Part shown: positions 24,345 through 35,299 of the stretch, piece after piece
Numbering within the stretch: the stretch's first letter is position 1
How the letters are laid out: the number at the start of each line of letters is the position of its first letter
NCBI GenBank assembly: GCA_964470825.1
Contig: CAYYEF010000002.1
Location: 1 to 62,035, forward strand
Direction: 5' to 3'
Length of the DNA stretch: 62,035 bases
Source of the DNA: an uncultured Candidatus Saccharibacteria bacterium
Lineage (GTDB): Bacteria > Patescibacteriota > Minisyncoccia > Phycocordibacterales > JAACPR01
Notes under the pieces: generated by a model
Told to the model about the DNA's origin: nothing
Seen by the model: the letters and a program-made list of their open reading frames with translations, nothing else
The model's database searches: none
Translations under genes and position numbers: made by a program

Positions 24345-26960
24345 TTACTTCCTCAACATCTTCTTCAAATACTTTCCAGTATGACTTTTTTCGCTATTAG
24401 CAATTTGTTCAGGAGTTCCCTTTGCAATAATTTGACCACCGTTACTACCACCTTCTGGTCCAATATCAATAATATAATCGGTACATTTAATCATGTCTAA
24501 ATTGTGTTCGATTACAACCACAGTGTTACCCTTGTCGACTAACTTTTGGAGAATTTCAATTAATTTTTTAACGTCCTCATAATGCAAACCAATTGTTGGT
24601 TCGTCCAGAATATAAATAGTTTTTTGTAAGTGTGCTCGATACAATTCACTGGCGATTTTTACACGTTGGGCTTCTCCACCTGACAATGTTGTAGCAGATT
24701 GACCAAGTTGCAAATAACCAAGACCCACATCAAACAATGATTGCAGTCTATCTGCGATCGCTGGCAAATCTTTGAAAAATTCTAGACCTTCTTCTACGGT
24801 CATGTTCAAAACTTCGTAAATATTTTTATCTTTGAATTTTACTTCCAAAGTTTCTTTCATGAATCGACGACCTTCACAGATATCGCAAGGCACATAGACT
24901 GTTGGCAAGAAATGCATTTCTACCGCAATATATCCGTTTCCTTGGCAGGCTTCACATCGTCCACCTTTCACATTGAAAGAAAAACGACTTGGTCCCCAAC
25001 CTCTGGCGCGAGCTTCGCTACTTTCGGCAAACATGTCACGAATAAAGGTAAAGGCTCCTGTATATGTAGCAGGGTTTGAACGAGGAGTTCTACCAATTGG
25101 AGATTGATCAATTAAAATAGAACGTCCCAAATATTCTGTGCCAGTGAAACTCGCACAATTTACAATTTCATTTGAGCGATATCTTTTATCAAATCTGTTT
25201 TGTAAATTTCTATACAAAATTTCATACACAAAAGAAGATTTTCCAGAACCAGAAACCCCAGTAATCCCGACAAATTTTCCAAGAGGAATTTCAGCATTTA
25301 GATTTTTAATATTAAATACGTGTCCGCCTTTGATGACAATTTTACCTTTGTCTTGGTCACGACGTTTTTCTGGAATTTCTATTTTTCTGTCGCCTCGTAA
25401 ATAATCCAAAGTGACGGAACCAGATGGATTTGTTTTTGCGGTTAATAACTTATCCAAATCATCAGCCACAATAATATTACCGCCATGTACACCAGCACCA
25501 GGACCAATGTCCACCAAGTAATCTGAACTGTAGATTGTATCTTCATCGTGCTCTACTACGATAATACTATTTCCAGCATCGCGCAGATTAAGAAGAGTTT
25601 TAATAAGTCGATCATTATCACGAGAATGCAGACCAATTGTCGGTTCATCCAAAACATATGTCGCCCCAACAAGTCCAGAACCTAGTTGTGAAGCCAAACG
25701 AATTCGTTGCGCCTCTCCACCAGAAAGAGTGTGGGCTCTTCGATCTAAAGTTAAATATTCAATCCCAACATCATTCATGAAAATTAAACGTTCACTAATT
25801 TCTTTTAGAATGACTTTGGCGATCTCTCTGTCTTTTTCTGAGAGTTCTAGATTTTTAAAATATTCTATTGCTTCTGCTACCGTTAGTTTAATCACATCTA
25901 CAATATTTATTTTTTTATCTTCTTTTTTAAAAGCTGGCATGTAAACATGCAGAGCCTCTTCTCGCAGTCTGTTTCCATGACACACAGAACATGGTTCATC
26001 ACCAAAAAAATGTTTTGTCCCAAGACCATTACATTCAGGACAAGCACCGTGAGGTGAGTTAAATGAGAAAAGACGAGGTTCAATTTCTGGGAAAGAAAAA
26101 CCGTCGTAGGCACACATAAATTTTGAAGATAATAATTTTTCTTCAACTGGAGTGATAATTTTGATCAAGCCTTCAGATTCACTAAGAGAGCGTTCGATAG
26201 CTTCACGCAATCTTTCTTTATATGCTTCGTCTTTTGATTTTATTTCAGATAGATAAAATTCATCGACTAGAATATCGATATCGTGTTTTTTAGTTTTAGT
26301 TAAAATTATTTTGTCACGCAGAGAAACTTCTTTGCCGTCGATAAGAGCACGTTCATATCCTTTGCCGAGCATATCGTAAAGCAATTGATAATATTCTCCT
26401 TTTCGACCAACAATAACTGGGGCAAATATTTTTAATTTCAGATCGTTAATATCAACGCCCATAACTTTTTTGTCGAAATTTTTGGTATTAATAGAAGTTA
26501 CGGTTTTTACAATGGTAGCCATGATTTCATCCTGAGTCAGTTTTTTAATTTCTCGACCACAAATAAGACAGTGCGGTTTTCCTACTCGTGCAAAAAGAAT
26601 ACGTAGATAATCATAGATCTCAGTGATAGTAGCCACTGTTGAACGAGGATTGTTCGAACGAGATTTTTGATCAATAGAAATTGCGGGTGAAAGTCCGATA
26701 ATTTCGTCGACATCTGGTTTTTGCATATTATTCAAAAATTGACGGGCATAAGCAGATAGAGATTCGACATAGCGACGTTGTCCTTCAGCAAAGATAGTAT
26801 CGAAAGCCAGTGATGATTTTCCAGAACCAGATAAACCAGTAAAGACTACCAGTTTGTTTCTTGGCATTTCGACATCGATGTTTTTCAAGTTGTGAGTGCG
26901 GGCTCCTCTCACAATAATTTTTTCATCTTTTCTTTGATTTTGTATTTTTTTAGCTGTCAT
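24345..26960 (-). CDS. uvrA: excinuclease ABC subunit A
   Basis: two ABC ATPase modules ([19 protein letters not shown]; LSGGEAQR twice), Zn modules CxxC. Confidence 0.96.
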   Translation of the reverse strand: MTAKKIQNQRKDEKIIVRGARTHNLKNIDVEMPRNKLVVFTGLSGSGKSSLAFDTIFAEGQRRYVESLSAYARQFLNNMQKPDVDEIIGLSPAISIDQKSRSNNPRSTVATITEIYDYLRILFARVGKPHCLICGREIKKLTQDEIMATIVKTVTSINTKNFDKKVMGVDINDLKLKIFAPVIVGRKGEYYQLLYDMLGKGYERALIDGKEVSLRDKIILTKTKKHDIDILVDEFYLSEIKSKDEAYKERLREAIERSLSESEGLIKIITPVEEKLLSSKFMCAYDGFSFPEIEPRLFSFNSPHGACPECNGLGTKHFFGDEPCSVCHGNRLREEALHVYMPAFKKEDKKINIVDVIKLTVAEAIEYFKNLELSEKDREIAKVILKEISERLIFMNDVGIEYLTLDRRAHTLSGGEAQRIRLASQLGSGLVGATYVLDEPTIGLHSRDNDRLIKTLLNLRDAGNSIIVVEHDEDTIYSSDYLVDIGPGAGVHGGNIIVADDLDKLLTAKTNPSGSVTLDYLRGDRKIEIPEKRRDQDKGKIVIKGGHVFNIKNLNAEIPLGKFVGITGVSGSGKSSFVYEILYRNLQNRFDKRYRSNEIVNCASFTGTEYLGRSILIDQSPIGRTPRSNPATYTGAFTFIRDMFAESSEARARGWGPSRFSFNVKGGRCEACQGNGYIAVEMHFLPTVYVPCDICEGRRFMKETLEVKFKDKNIYEVLNMTVEEGLEFFKDLPAIADRLQSLFDVGLGYLQLGQSATTLSGGEAQRVKIASELYRAHLQKTIYILDEPTIGLHYEDVKKLIEILQKLVDKGNTVVVIEHNLDMIKCTDYIIDIGPEGGSNGGQIIAKGTPEQIANSEKSHTGKYLKKMLRK

Positions 26961-27040
26961 GTTTTTAATAGTTTATATAGCAACGCGCCCCACGGTTTGC
27001 CCATAGGGTTATACTATCTTTTTATATTGCGAACCGGGTG

Positions 27041-27069
27041 ATTATAACACTTAAAATTATGAGAGTAAA
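27041..27069 (-). promoter_or_regulatory. predicted promoter TTTACT-N17-TATAAT for uvrA (about 75-nt leader)
   Basis: hexamers read on minus strand directly after the 27090-27128 terminator. Confidence 0.5.
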
Positions 27070-27089
27070 TAAAGAGGTTTTCTAGATTA

Positions 27090-27128
27090 AATAAAAAGCA
27101 CCCGATCGACCGAAGTCGAAAGGGTGCT
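27090..27128 (-). terminator. intrinsic terminator after the adenylate-kinase-like gene
   Basis: AGCACCC...GGGTGCT outer stem enclosing CGAC-TTCG-GTCG (UUCG tetraloop), then TTTTTATTT on minus strand. Confidence 0.65.
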
Positions 27129-27134
27129 AATAGA

Positions 27135-27782
27135 TTAAGGAATCAAAAAGTCATGTCGAACTTTGTCATCCGGGTGATGAAATTGCCACAAAGCAAATTC
27201 ATCGAGAACAGAGCGATCTGCCTTTGAAGGGCAAATGTAATCATGTAGGCCACAGTAGTTAACCACTTTGGCATACTGATGATCCGTCTGAGTCCCATCG
27301 ATCTCGATGATCCCAAAGGCTTCTTTCAAAAAACGGAGTGTCGGAACAACTTGTTTCCGATAAACCCTCATTTTGTTTTCAAAAGCCTCAACATGATCAT
27401 CGTGTCGACCACGAGACAAGAATCGTTCACGGCAAACCTTTTCAGGTGTGTCGATATGAACGACTTGATAGTTCGCAAGAACCTTGAACAAAACCTGAAT
27501 TTGGTTCAAGGAACGTGGAAACCCATCCAGAAATTGAGGAATTCCGGGATGTTCATGAGACAGACGATTGAGAATAATCTCATTCGTGATGTCGTCAGGA
27601 GCATTGAAACCGTTTTCAATGCAATTCTCCACCTTTTTCCAGATGTCACTGTTTTTCTCCTTTTCTTCGCGAAAAATCGCGCCAGGAGAAATGACATCAA
27701 ACTTCATACCGAGCTTGAGGAGATTCTCCAAAAGCCTGCCTTTGCCGGAACATGTCCGACCAATTAGAATGATCTTTTTCAA
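27135..27782 (-). CDS. adenylate/nucleoside-monophosphate kinase family protein, short-lid type with about 40-aa C-terminal extension; GC-shifted
   Basis: P-loop IILIGRTCSGKG, NMP-binding ISPGAIFRE, FLDGFPRSLNQ, RGRHDDH; TTG start preceded by AAAGGA; atypical P-loop residues. Confidence 0.7.
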   Translation of the reverse strand: MKKIILIGRTCSGKGRLLENLLKLGMKFDVISPGAIFREEKEKNSDIWKKVENCIENGFNAPDDITNEIILNRLSHEHPGIPQFLDGFPRSLNQIQVLFKVLANYQVVHIDTPEKVCRERFLSRGRHDDHVEAFENKMRVYRKQVVPTLRFLKEAFGIIEIDGTQTDHQYAKVVNYCGLHDYICPSKADRSVLDEFALWQFHHPDDKVRHDFLIP

Positions 27783-27849
27783 GATTTTTTCCTTTCTTGT
27801 TGATTTTGTTAAACTGTAAAGAACAGCGCTTCAATATACTACTATCAAT

Positions 27850-27863
27850 TTGACGAAAGTCAA
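27850..27863. repeat. perfect palindrome TTGAC-GAAA-GTCAA between uvrB stop and the kinase-like gene
   Basis: read directly; the minus-strand half provides a TTGACT -35-like hexamer. Confidence 0.6.
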
Positions 27864-27876
27864 CTCTTATTTTATT

Positions 27877-29979
27877 CTAAAATTTCTTCTGATTTTTTAA
27901 TCTCTCCTTTTCGTCTTTTAGTTCTTTTTTATTTTTCTTTTCAATCAGTAATTCAATCTCTTTAATTTCATCCCGCAAAATCGCAGCGGTTTCGAAATCT
28001 AAAATTTTAGCCGCAGCATTCATTTGTTTTTCTTTTTGCTTTAATAGTTTATCTGGAGCTTTTTCCAACATTTTCTTATTCAAAACCATCAAAGTGTCAA
28101 CTGTTTTTTGATGTTCACTCTTGATACCTTCAGTAATGTCCTTAATAGCACGAATAACAGTTTTTGGAGTAATGCCATGTTTTTTATTATATTCCAATTG
28201 AATATTTCGACGGCGTTCAGTTTCATTAATAGCTTTTTCCAAAGATTTTGTAATTGTGTCGGCATATAAAATTACTCGACCATCAATATTTCTAGCAGCA
28301 CGTCCAATAATCTGAATGAGCGAAGTTTCTGATCGCAAAAATCCTTCTTTATCAGCATCTAAAATTCCAATCATAGTTACTTCAGGTAAATCCAAACCTT
28401 CTCGCAAAAGATTAACTCCAACCAAAACATCAAAGGCTCCTCGACGAAATTCAGTTAGAATTTCAATTCTCTGAATGGTTTTTATTTCACTATGTAAATA
28501 TTCGGCTTTGATTCCCTCTTCTTTCAAAAATTCACTAAGGTCTTCAGCCATTTTTTTAGTTAAAGTAGTAGCAATCACGCGACCACCCTTTTTAATGTCA
28601 CGCTTGGCTTCTTCAATAAAATTTCGAACTTGGCCTTTATATGAACCTTTTTCGGTCACCGGCTTAACTTCAATCACAGGATCAATCAAACCAGTAGGAC
28701 GAATAACTTGTTCAACAATTTGAGAACTATTTTCATTTTCAAAAACACTTGGAGTAGCAGAAGTAAAAATGGTTTGACCTGTTTCTTCTAAAAATTCATC
28801 AAATTTCAAAGGACGATTATCAGCAGCGCTTGGCAACCTGAAACCGTGTTCGATCAAAGTCTTTTTTCGACTAGCGTCTCCTGCAAACATTGCTCCAATT
28901 TGTGGCACTGTAACATGAGATTCATCAATAATAGTTAAAAAGTCTGGCACTAATTTCTTTTTACCATTTTCGATAATTTCCTTGTGAGGAAAATATGACA
29001 AAAGAGTGTTTGGTTTTTCACCGGGCAAACGTCCATCAAAGATCGCAGAATAGTTTTCAATACCATTACAATATCCAACTTCTCTAATTAAAGCCAAATC
29101 ATATTTTGTTCGGCGTTTTAATCTTTCTGCTTCTAAATTTTTTCCAGCTTTTTCAAGTTTTTTTAATTGTTCTTTTAATTCACTTTCAATATTTTTTGCC
29201 GCTGTCTCAATTTTATCTTTGTCGGTAATAAAGTGTTTTGCCGGAAATAGAAAATAACTTTCAATATCTTTTTCTAAAATTTCACGGGTAATAGAATCTA
29301 TTTTGTCGATTCGATCAATTTGCTCACCTTTAAATTCTACAGAGATAATAAAGCGTTCTGAAATTGGAACAATTTCTACTTTATTTCCAATAGCTCTAAA
29401 CAAACCTGGTTTCAAATCAGCGTTTGTGCGTTCGTAGTGAACATTAATTAATTTTCGAATTAAATCCCCTCTAGTGACTTTTAATTTCTTATCAATTTTA
29501 AAGTTAACTTTTTCATATTCTTCTGGTGAACCCAAACCATAAATACAAGAGACTGAAGCAACGATAATAACATCATTTCTAGTTAAAAGAGCCTGAGTTG
29601 AAGCGTGGCGCAGTCGATCAATTTCTTCATTGATCATTGCTTCTTTTTCAATATAAGTATCAGTTACCGGCATATATGCTTCTGGCTGATAGTAATCATA
29701 ATAAGAAACAAAGTAATGAACAGCATTATCAGGAAAAAATTCTTTAAATTCTTGCGCAAGTTGTGCCGCTAGAGTTTTGTTATGAGCAATAATTAGAGTT
29801 GGTTTTTTTATTTCTTGAATAACATTAGCAACCGTAAAAGTCTTACCTGAACCAGTTACTCCAAGTAATGTTTGAAAATGTTGACCTGCTTTTATACCCT
29901 CTACCAATTTTTCAATAGCTTTTGGTTGATCTCCGGCTGGCTTATATTTTGTTTTGATTTTAAAGACTTCTTTAGCCAT
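27877..29979 (-). CDS. uvrB: excinuclease ABC subunit B
   Basis: helicase motifs GVTGSGKT, DESH, beta-hairpin region, C-terminal UVR domain (LDFETAAILRDEI). Confidence 0.96.
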   Translation of the reverse strand: MAKEVFKIKTKYKPAGDQPKAIEKLVEGIKAGQHFQTLLGVTGSGKTFTVANVIQEIKKPTLIIAHNKTLAAQLAQEFKEFFPDNAVHYFVSYYDYYQPEAYMPVTDTYIEKEAMINEEIDRLRHASTQALLTRNDVIIVASVSCIYGLGSPEEYEKVNFKIDKKLKVTRGDLIRKLINVHYERTNADLKPGLFRAIGNKVEIVPISERFIISVEFKGEQIDRIDKIDSITREILEKDIESYFLFPAKHFITDKDKIETAAKNIESELKEQLKKLEKAGKNLEAERLKRRTKYDLALIREVGYCNGIENYSAIFDGRLPGEKPNTLLSYFPHKEIIENGKKKLVPDFLTIIDESHVTVPQIGAMFAGDASRKKTLIEHGFRLPSAADNRPLKFDEFLEETGQTIFTSATPSVFENENSSQIVEQVIRPTGLIDPVIEVKPVTEKGSYKGQVRNFIEEAKRDIKKGGRVIATTLTKKMAEDLSEFLKEEGIKAEYLHSEIKTIQRIEILTEFRRGAFDVLVGVNLLREGLDLPEVTMIGILDADKEGFLRSETSLIQIIGRAARNIDGRVILYADTITKSLEKAINETERRRNIQLEYNKKHGITPKTVIRAIKDITEGIKSEHQKTVDTLMVLNKKMLEKAPDKLLKQKEKQMNAAAKILDFETAAILRDEIKEIELLIEKKNKKELKDEKERLKNQKKF

Positions 29980-30084
29980 ATAGAATTATTTAATATCTTG
30001 ATATTAACCTATTTTAGTGTTGTTGTCATTATATTTGCCAAAAACATATTTTAATGTTATTGTATAAAAAGTTAATAGTACTTT

Positions 30085-30552
30085 ATGAAATCAAGATTTT
30101 TTTATATGTCACCGGAGGAATTAGTTTTTGGACCGTATACTCCTGCTCAAATTGGACGTTCAAAACCACACCCTTTTCCAGAGCAGAAGGTGGAAAAACG
30201 TGCCAAATGGTTTCCTGCCATCCTACACGCTATTCCAGTTGGTAAACTGAATTTGTTTCAGGTTGTTTCAGGATCGCCGAATGAACTTGGTCCCAATCAG
30301 ACCAAACTCAAAGAGTGGATTTTGGAACAGGCTCGTAAACACGAACCTTTGAAATTCCCTATCTTTCTTGAGATTGAAGAGGATATTTCAAAAGAAGATT
30401 TGGCTGGAAAAATCATGGATCACTTACTCTACGGATCGAGCGATATGATTTTTCTTCCAACTCTTCCTGTGAACCCGCACATCAGGCAGGATCACAAGAA
30501 AAGAGTCTCGCGGCTTCTGGTAAAAAAAACTCCAATCACTTTCCCCCGATAG
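30085..30552 (+). CDS. hypothetical protein (155 aa), GC-shifted (about 45-48% in a hand count of 119 nt), Pro-rich
   Basis: clean ORF divergent from uvrB with its own terminator; no domain recognisable. Confidence 0.5.
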   Translation: MKSRFFYMSPEELVFGPYTPAQIGRSKPHPFPEQKVEKRAKWFPAILHAIPVGKLNLFQVVSGSPNELGPNQTKLKEWILEQARKHEPLKFPIFLEIEEDISKEDLAGKIMDHLLYGSSDMIFLPTLPVNPHIRQDHKKRVSRLLVKKTPITFPR

Positions 30553-30557
30553 CAAAA

Positions 30558-30591
30558 GTCCCCGTCTTAACAGGCGGGGGCTTCTTATTTT
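30558..30591. terminator. intrinsic terminator (serves the 155-aa ORF; can also serve convergent tgt)
   Basis: 9-bp stem GTCCCCGTC / GGCGGGGGC (two G-U) with loop TTAACA, then TTCTTATTTT. Confidence 0.65.
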
Positions 30592-30615
30592 ATAAAAAAT
30601 ATTTTTAATAAATAT

Positions 30616-32426
<1,811 letters not shown>

Positions 32427-32434
32427 ACCAAAAT

Positions 32435-32443
32435 ATTGTATCA
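32435..32443 (-). promoter_or_regulatory. extended -10 TGaTACAAT, 8 nt from ATG 32426 (leaderless-type)
   Basis: read on minus strand. Confidence 0.45.
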
Positions 32444-32479
32444 CCAACTTTAATATTTTGAAAAAAACTATTTATAAGA

Positions 32480-32485
32480 TAGAAT
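32480..32485 (+). promoter_or_regulatory. -10 box TAGAAT, 7 nt from ATG 32493 (leaderless-type)
   Basis: read directly. Confidence 0.45.
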
Positions 32486-32492
32486 TTTAGCT

Positions 32493-33188
32493 ATGAATAA
32501 CGAAAATAGGCCACATAAAACCATTCAATCAGAACCATTAACTCTAGAAAAAGTTAATAAGGACATAAAAGAAAGAATTGGAAATATTACAAAAGAATTT
32601 ACAGATGGATTTAATTTTATAAAAACTCAAAATAAATCAGTTACTTTTTTTGGTTCTGCTAGAACTTTAGAAAATGAAAATGATTATAAAGTTGCTCAGG
32701 AACTTGCAAAAAGAATATCATCTGAACTTGGGTATACTGTAATAACAGGAGGAGGTCCTGGAATAATGGAAGCTGCTAATCGTGGTGCTTTTGAAGTTGG
32801 CGGAAAATCATTTGGTCTAACTATTAAACTACCGATGGAACAAGTTACGAATCCCTATCTAACGGATCAAATAAATTTCTATTATTTCTTTAGTAGAAAA
32901 GTTTGTATGTCATATTCAGCAGAAGCCTATGTATATTTCCCTGGTGGTTTTGGAACTTTTGATGAGTTATTTGAAATTCTGACTTTGGTTCAAACAAATA
33001 AAATTGAGCGCGTACCAATTATTTTAATTGGTAGTGATTTTTGGTTACCATTTGATAATTTTATTAAAAACACTCTAATACCAACAGAAAAAATAGATTC
33101 TGAAGATTTAAAACTTTATACTATTACTGATAATTTAGAAGAAGCACTAGAAATAATTAAAAATGCCCCAATACGAGTAGCCGACTAA
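32493..33188 (+). CDS. LOG-family (TIGR00730-type) nucleotide phosphoribohydrolase-like protein
   Basis: GGGPGIMEAANRGA and PGGFGTFDELFE signature motifs. Confidence 0.85.
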   Translation: MNNENRPHKTIQSEPLTLEKVNKDIKERIGNITKEFTDGFNFIKTQNKSVTFFGSARTLENENDYKVAQELAKRISSELGYTVITGGGPGIMEAANRGAFEVGGKSFGLTIKLPMEQVTNPYLTDQINFYYFFSRKVCMSYSAEAYVYFPGGFGTFDELFEILTLVQTNKIERVPIILIGSDFWLPFDNFIKNTLIPTEKIDSEDLKLYTITDNLEEALEIIKNAPIRVAD

Positions 33189-33217
33189 GCCGACTAAATT
33201 AACTATAAAAAATTAAT

Positions 33218-33724
33218 TTAGGAAATTTTTTGTTTTAGTAATATCTCATTTAACTTTCTTTGAACATACGCAGGATCTTTTATTCCTTTTATTGTGAAAT
33301 TTCTTTCTGTACCAGCTGTTTGAACATGCAAATCTCCTAAATTTAACAATGAAGAGACAATACCGTTTACTTCGTATGTTATATCTTGTATTTTTTCATA
33401 ATGAAGAACTGAGACTTCTCTTTTAAACAGACCATGTTGTTCTATATCATATATTTTATCAGTAGTAATAATCCACACATCCAAATAATAATTAGTCCAG
33501 AAGATAAATATAGTAAGCCACATAAATAAAATCCATATAAAGTAAATAAACAAAGTTAAAGTAATACTATATATATCTATTTTTAAACCCAAACCGCCCA
33601 AAAATGGAAAAATAAATATTGGAATTAATACAAAAATAATAGCAAGGAAAATTTCAGTTAGTAAATAAAACCAGTGTTTCCTAACTTCTAAAATGATATG
33701 TTCATTTTTTTCAAGTTTAATCAT
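33218..33724 (-). CDS. membrane protein with bacterial PH (bPH_2 / YdbS-YdbT-like) domain
   Basis: two to three TM helices followed by a beta-rich domain (ITYEVNGIVSSLLNLGDLHVQTAG); ATG 33724 lies 1 nt after the upstream stop (the track start is TTG). Confidence 0.6.
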   Translation of the reverse strand: MIKLEKNEHIILEVRKHWFYLLTEIFLAIIFVLIPIFIFPFLGGLGLKIDIYSITLTLFIYFIWILFMWLTIFIFWTNYYLDVWIITTDKIYDIEQHGLFKREVSVLHYEKIQDITYEVNGIVSSLLNLGDLHVQTAGTERNFTIKGIKDPAYVQRKLNEILLKQKIS

Positions 33725-33725
33725 G

Positions 33726-34001
33726 TTATATTCCCAACTCAAATACTAATAAAGAAACAGTGGCGCAAATTATCAGGCTAAAAGAAACAGACCAAAAAAC
33801 TGATTTTACTAAGAAATTTGAATTATTATCGGTGGAATAGTTATTCCAATGAAAATTAAGTATTGTGGCAATAATTCCAAAAATAATTAAAGCAATAGAT
33901 AAAACACCCCAAAAATAATTTGTATCTATTTGAAAAATAAAGTCATTAAAATTAATCACTATAATAATAGTAACAAAAATTAAATACATATGGAGACACA
34001 T
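33726..34001 (-). CDS. hypothetical small multi-pass membrane protein (91 aa)
   Basis: three hydrophobic helices; translationally coupled to the bPH gene. Confidence 0.5.
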   Translation of the reverse strand: MCLHMYLIFVTIIIVINFNDFIFQIDTNYFWGVLSIALIIFGIIATILNFHWNNYSTDNNSNFLVKSVFWSVSFSLIICATVSLLVFELGI

Positions 34002-34046
34002 TTACACAGGAATAATTATTTTAGACTCGTATCAAATTGAAATTCT

Positions 34047-34055
34047 TGTTAGAAT
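34047..34055 (+). promoter_or_regulatory. extended -10 TGtTAGAAT, 7 nt from hisS ATG 34063 (leaderless-type)
   Basis: read directly. Confidence 0.45.
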
Positions 34056-34062
34056 TTGAGAT

Positions 34063-35289
34063 ATGAATAAATTAGAACTTGATAGCTATAAAGGGGTACG
34101 GGATTTCTATCCTGAGGATTATAAAATTCTTGAATATATAACTACAAAATGGAGGGATGTTTTGAAAAAATATGGTTTTGAAGAATATACCGCTTCTATT
34201 TTAGAGCCTTCAGAACTTTACCAATCTAAAACTAGTGATGAGATAGTAAACGAGCAAACTTATAATTTTATCGATAGAGGTAATAGAAATGTTACTTTGA
34301 GACCGGAAATGACGCCTACTGTAACAAGAATGGTGGCTAAAAAACGTCGAGAATTTTCTTTACCAATTAAATGGTTCTCTATTCCTAATGTTTTTAGATA
34401 TGAACAACCACAAAAAGGTCGTTTACGAGAACACTGGCAGTTGAATGTTGATATGTTTGGTATATCTGAAAATAGTGCTGAAATTGAAATAATTCAAATT
34501 GCTAATGATTTAATGTTAAGTTTTGGTCTAAACCAAAGTGATTTTGTAATTAGAATAAATGATAGAGAAATTATTAATAGAACTTTTAAGGAATTAAATT
34601 TAAATGAGGAGCAATCAAAAAAACTTCTGCGATTAATAGACAAAAAAGACAAGATTAATAATTTTGGAGAAGAAGCAGAAAAAATTATTGGAACTCAATT
34701 TAATTATACCCCCGATATCAGTCATACCTTGCAAAAATTAATTGAATCATTAAATAATTTGGGAATTAATAATGTGGTATTTGACCCCCTTTTAGTAAGA
34801 GGTTTTGATTACTATACCGGTGTAGTTTTTGAGATCTTTGATACTAACCCTGAAAATAAAAGGGCTATTTTTGGAGGTGGACGTTATGACAAATTATTTG
34901 AAATCTTTGATCAAATTCCTATGCCGGCAGTTGGATTTGGTATGGGCGACGTCACTATTAAAGATGTTTTAGAAATTAGAAATCTTCTTCCTAAATATAT
35001 ACCTAGCGCAAAACTATATATTGGAAATATTGATCCTCAATTGCTGGCAGATGTTCAAAAAATTGCCCAAGAAATTAGACAAAATGGCACAAATACTTAT
35101 TTTGATTTTACAGACCGAAAACTGAAAAATAAAATTGAACGAGCAGTAAAACAAGGTTATCGATTTTTTGCGGCTATTGGGGAAAATGAAATCAAATCAA
35201 AAAAAATTATTATCAAAGATTTAGAGACAGGTAAAGAAAAAAAGGTGAAAATAGTAAAAATAGCCAAGTATCTATCTAAAATGATATAA
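34063..35289 (+). CDS. hisS: histidine--tRNA ligase
   Basis: class II motifs (GVRDFYPED, LRPEMTPTVTR, YYTGVVFE, GGGRYD) and anticodon-binding domain. Confidence 0.95.
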   Translation: MNKLELDSYKGVRDFYPEDYKILEYITTKWRDVLKKYGFEEYTASILEPSELYQSKTSDEIVNEQTYNFIDRGNRNVTLRPEMTPTVTRMVAKKRREFSLPIKWFSIPNVFRYEQPQKGRLREHWQLNVDMFGISENSAEIEIIQIANDLMLSFGLNQSDFVIRINDREIINRTFKELNLNEEQSKKLLRLIDKKDKINNFGEEAEKIIGTQFNYTPDISHTLQKLIESLNNLGINNVVFDPLLVRGFDYYTGVVFEIFDTNPENKRAIFGGGRYDKLFEIFDQIPMPAVGFGMGDVTIKDVLEIRNLLPKYIPSAKLYIGNIDPQLLADVQKIAQEIRQNGTNTYFDFTDRKLKNKIERAVKQGYRFFAAIGENEIKSKKIIIKDLETGKEKKVKIVKIAKYLSKMI

Positions 35290-35299
35290 TCTCCAATCT

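Noticed and set aside
27279-27767. A 162-aa plus-strand ORF (and 27568..27819) antisense to the adenylate-kinase-like gene.
   Set aside because: The minus-strand frame has clear NMP-kinase motifs (P-loop, DGFPR). The antisense ORFs have no recognisable features and arise because the locally higher GC removes stop codons.
34002-34062. A T-box or other riboswitch leader upstream of hisS (also considered for alaS and leuS).
   Set aside because: The spacers are far too short (61 nt for hisS; alaS and leuS directly follow upstream ORFs), and a -10 box sits 7 nt from the hisS ATG.
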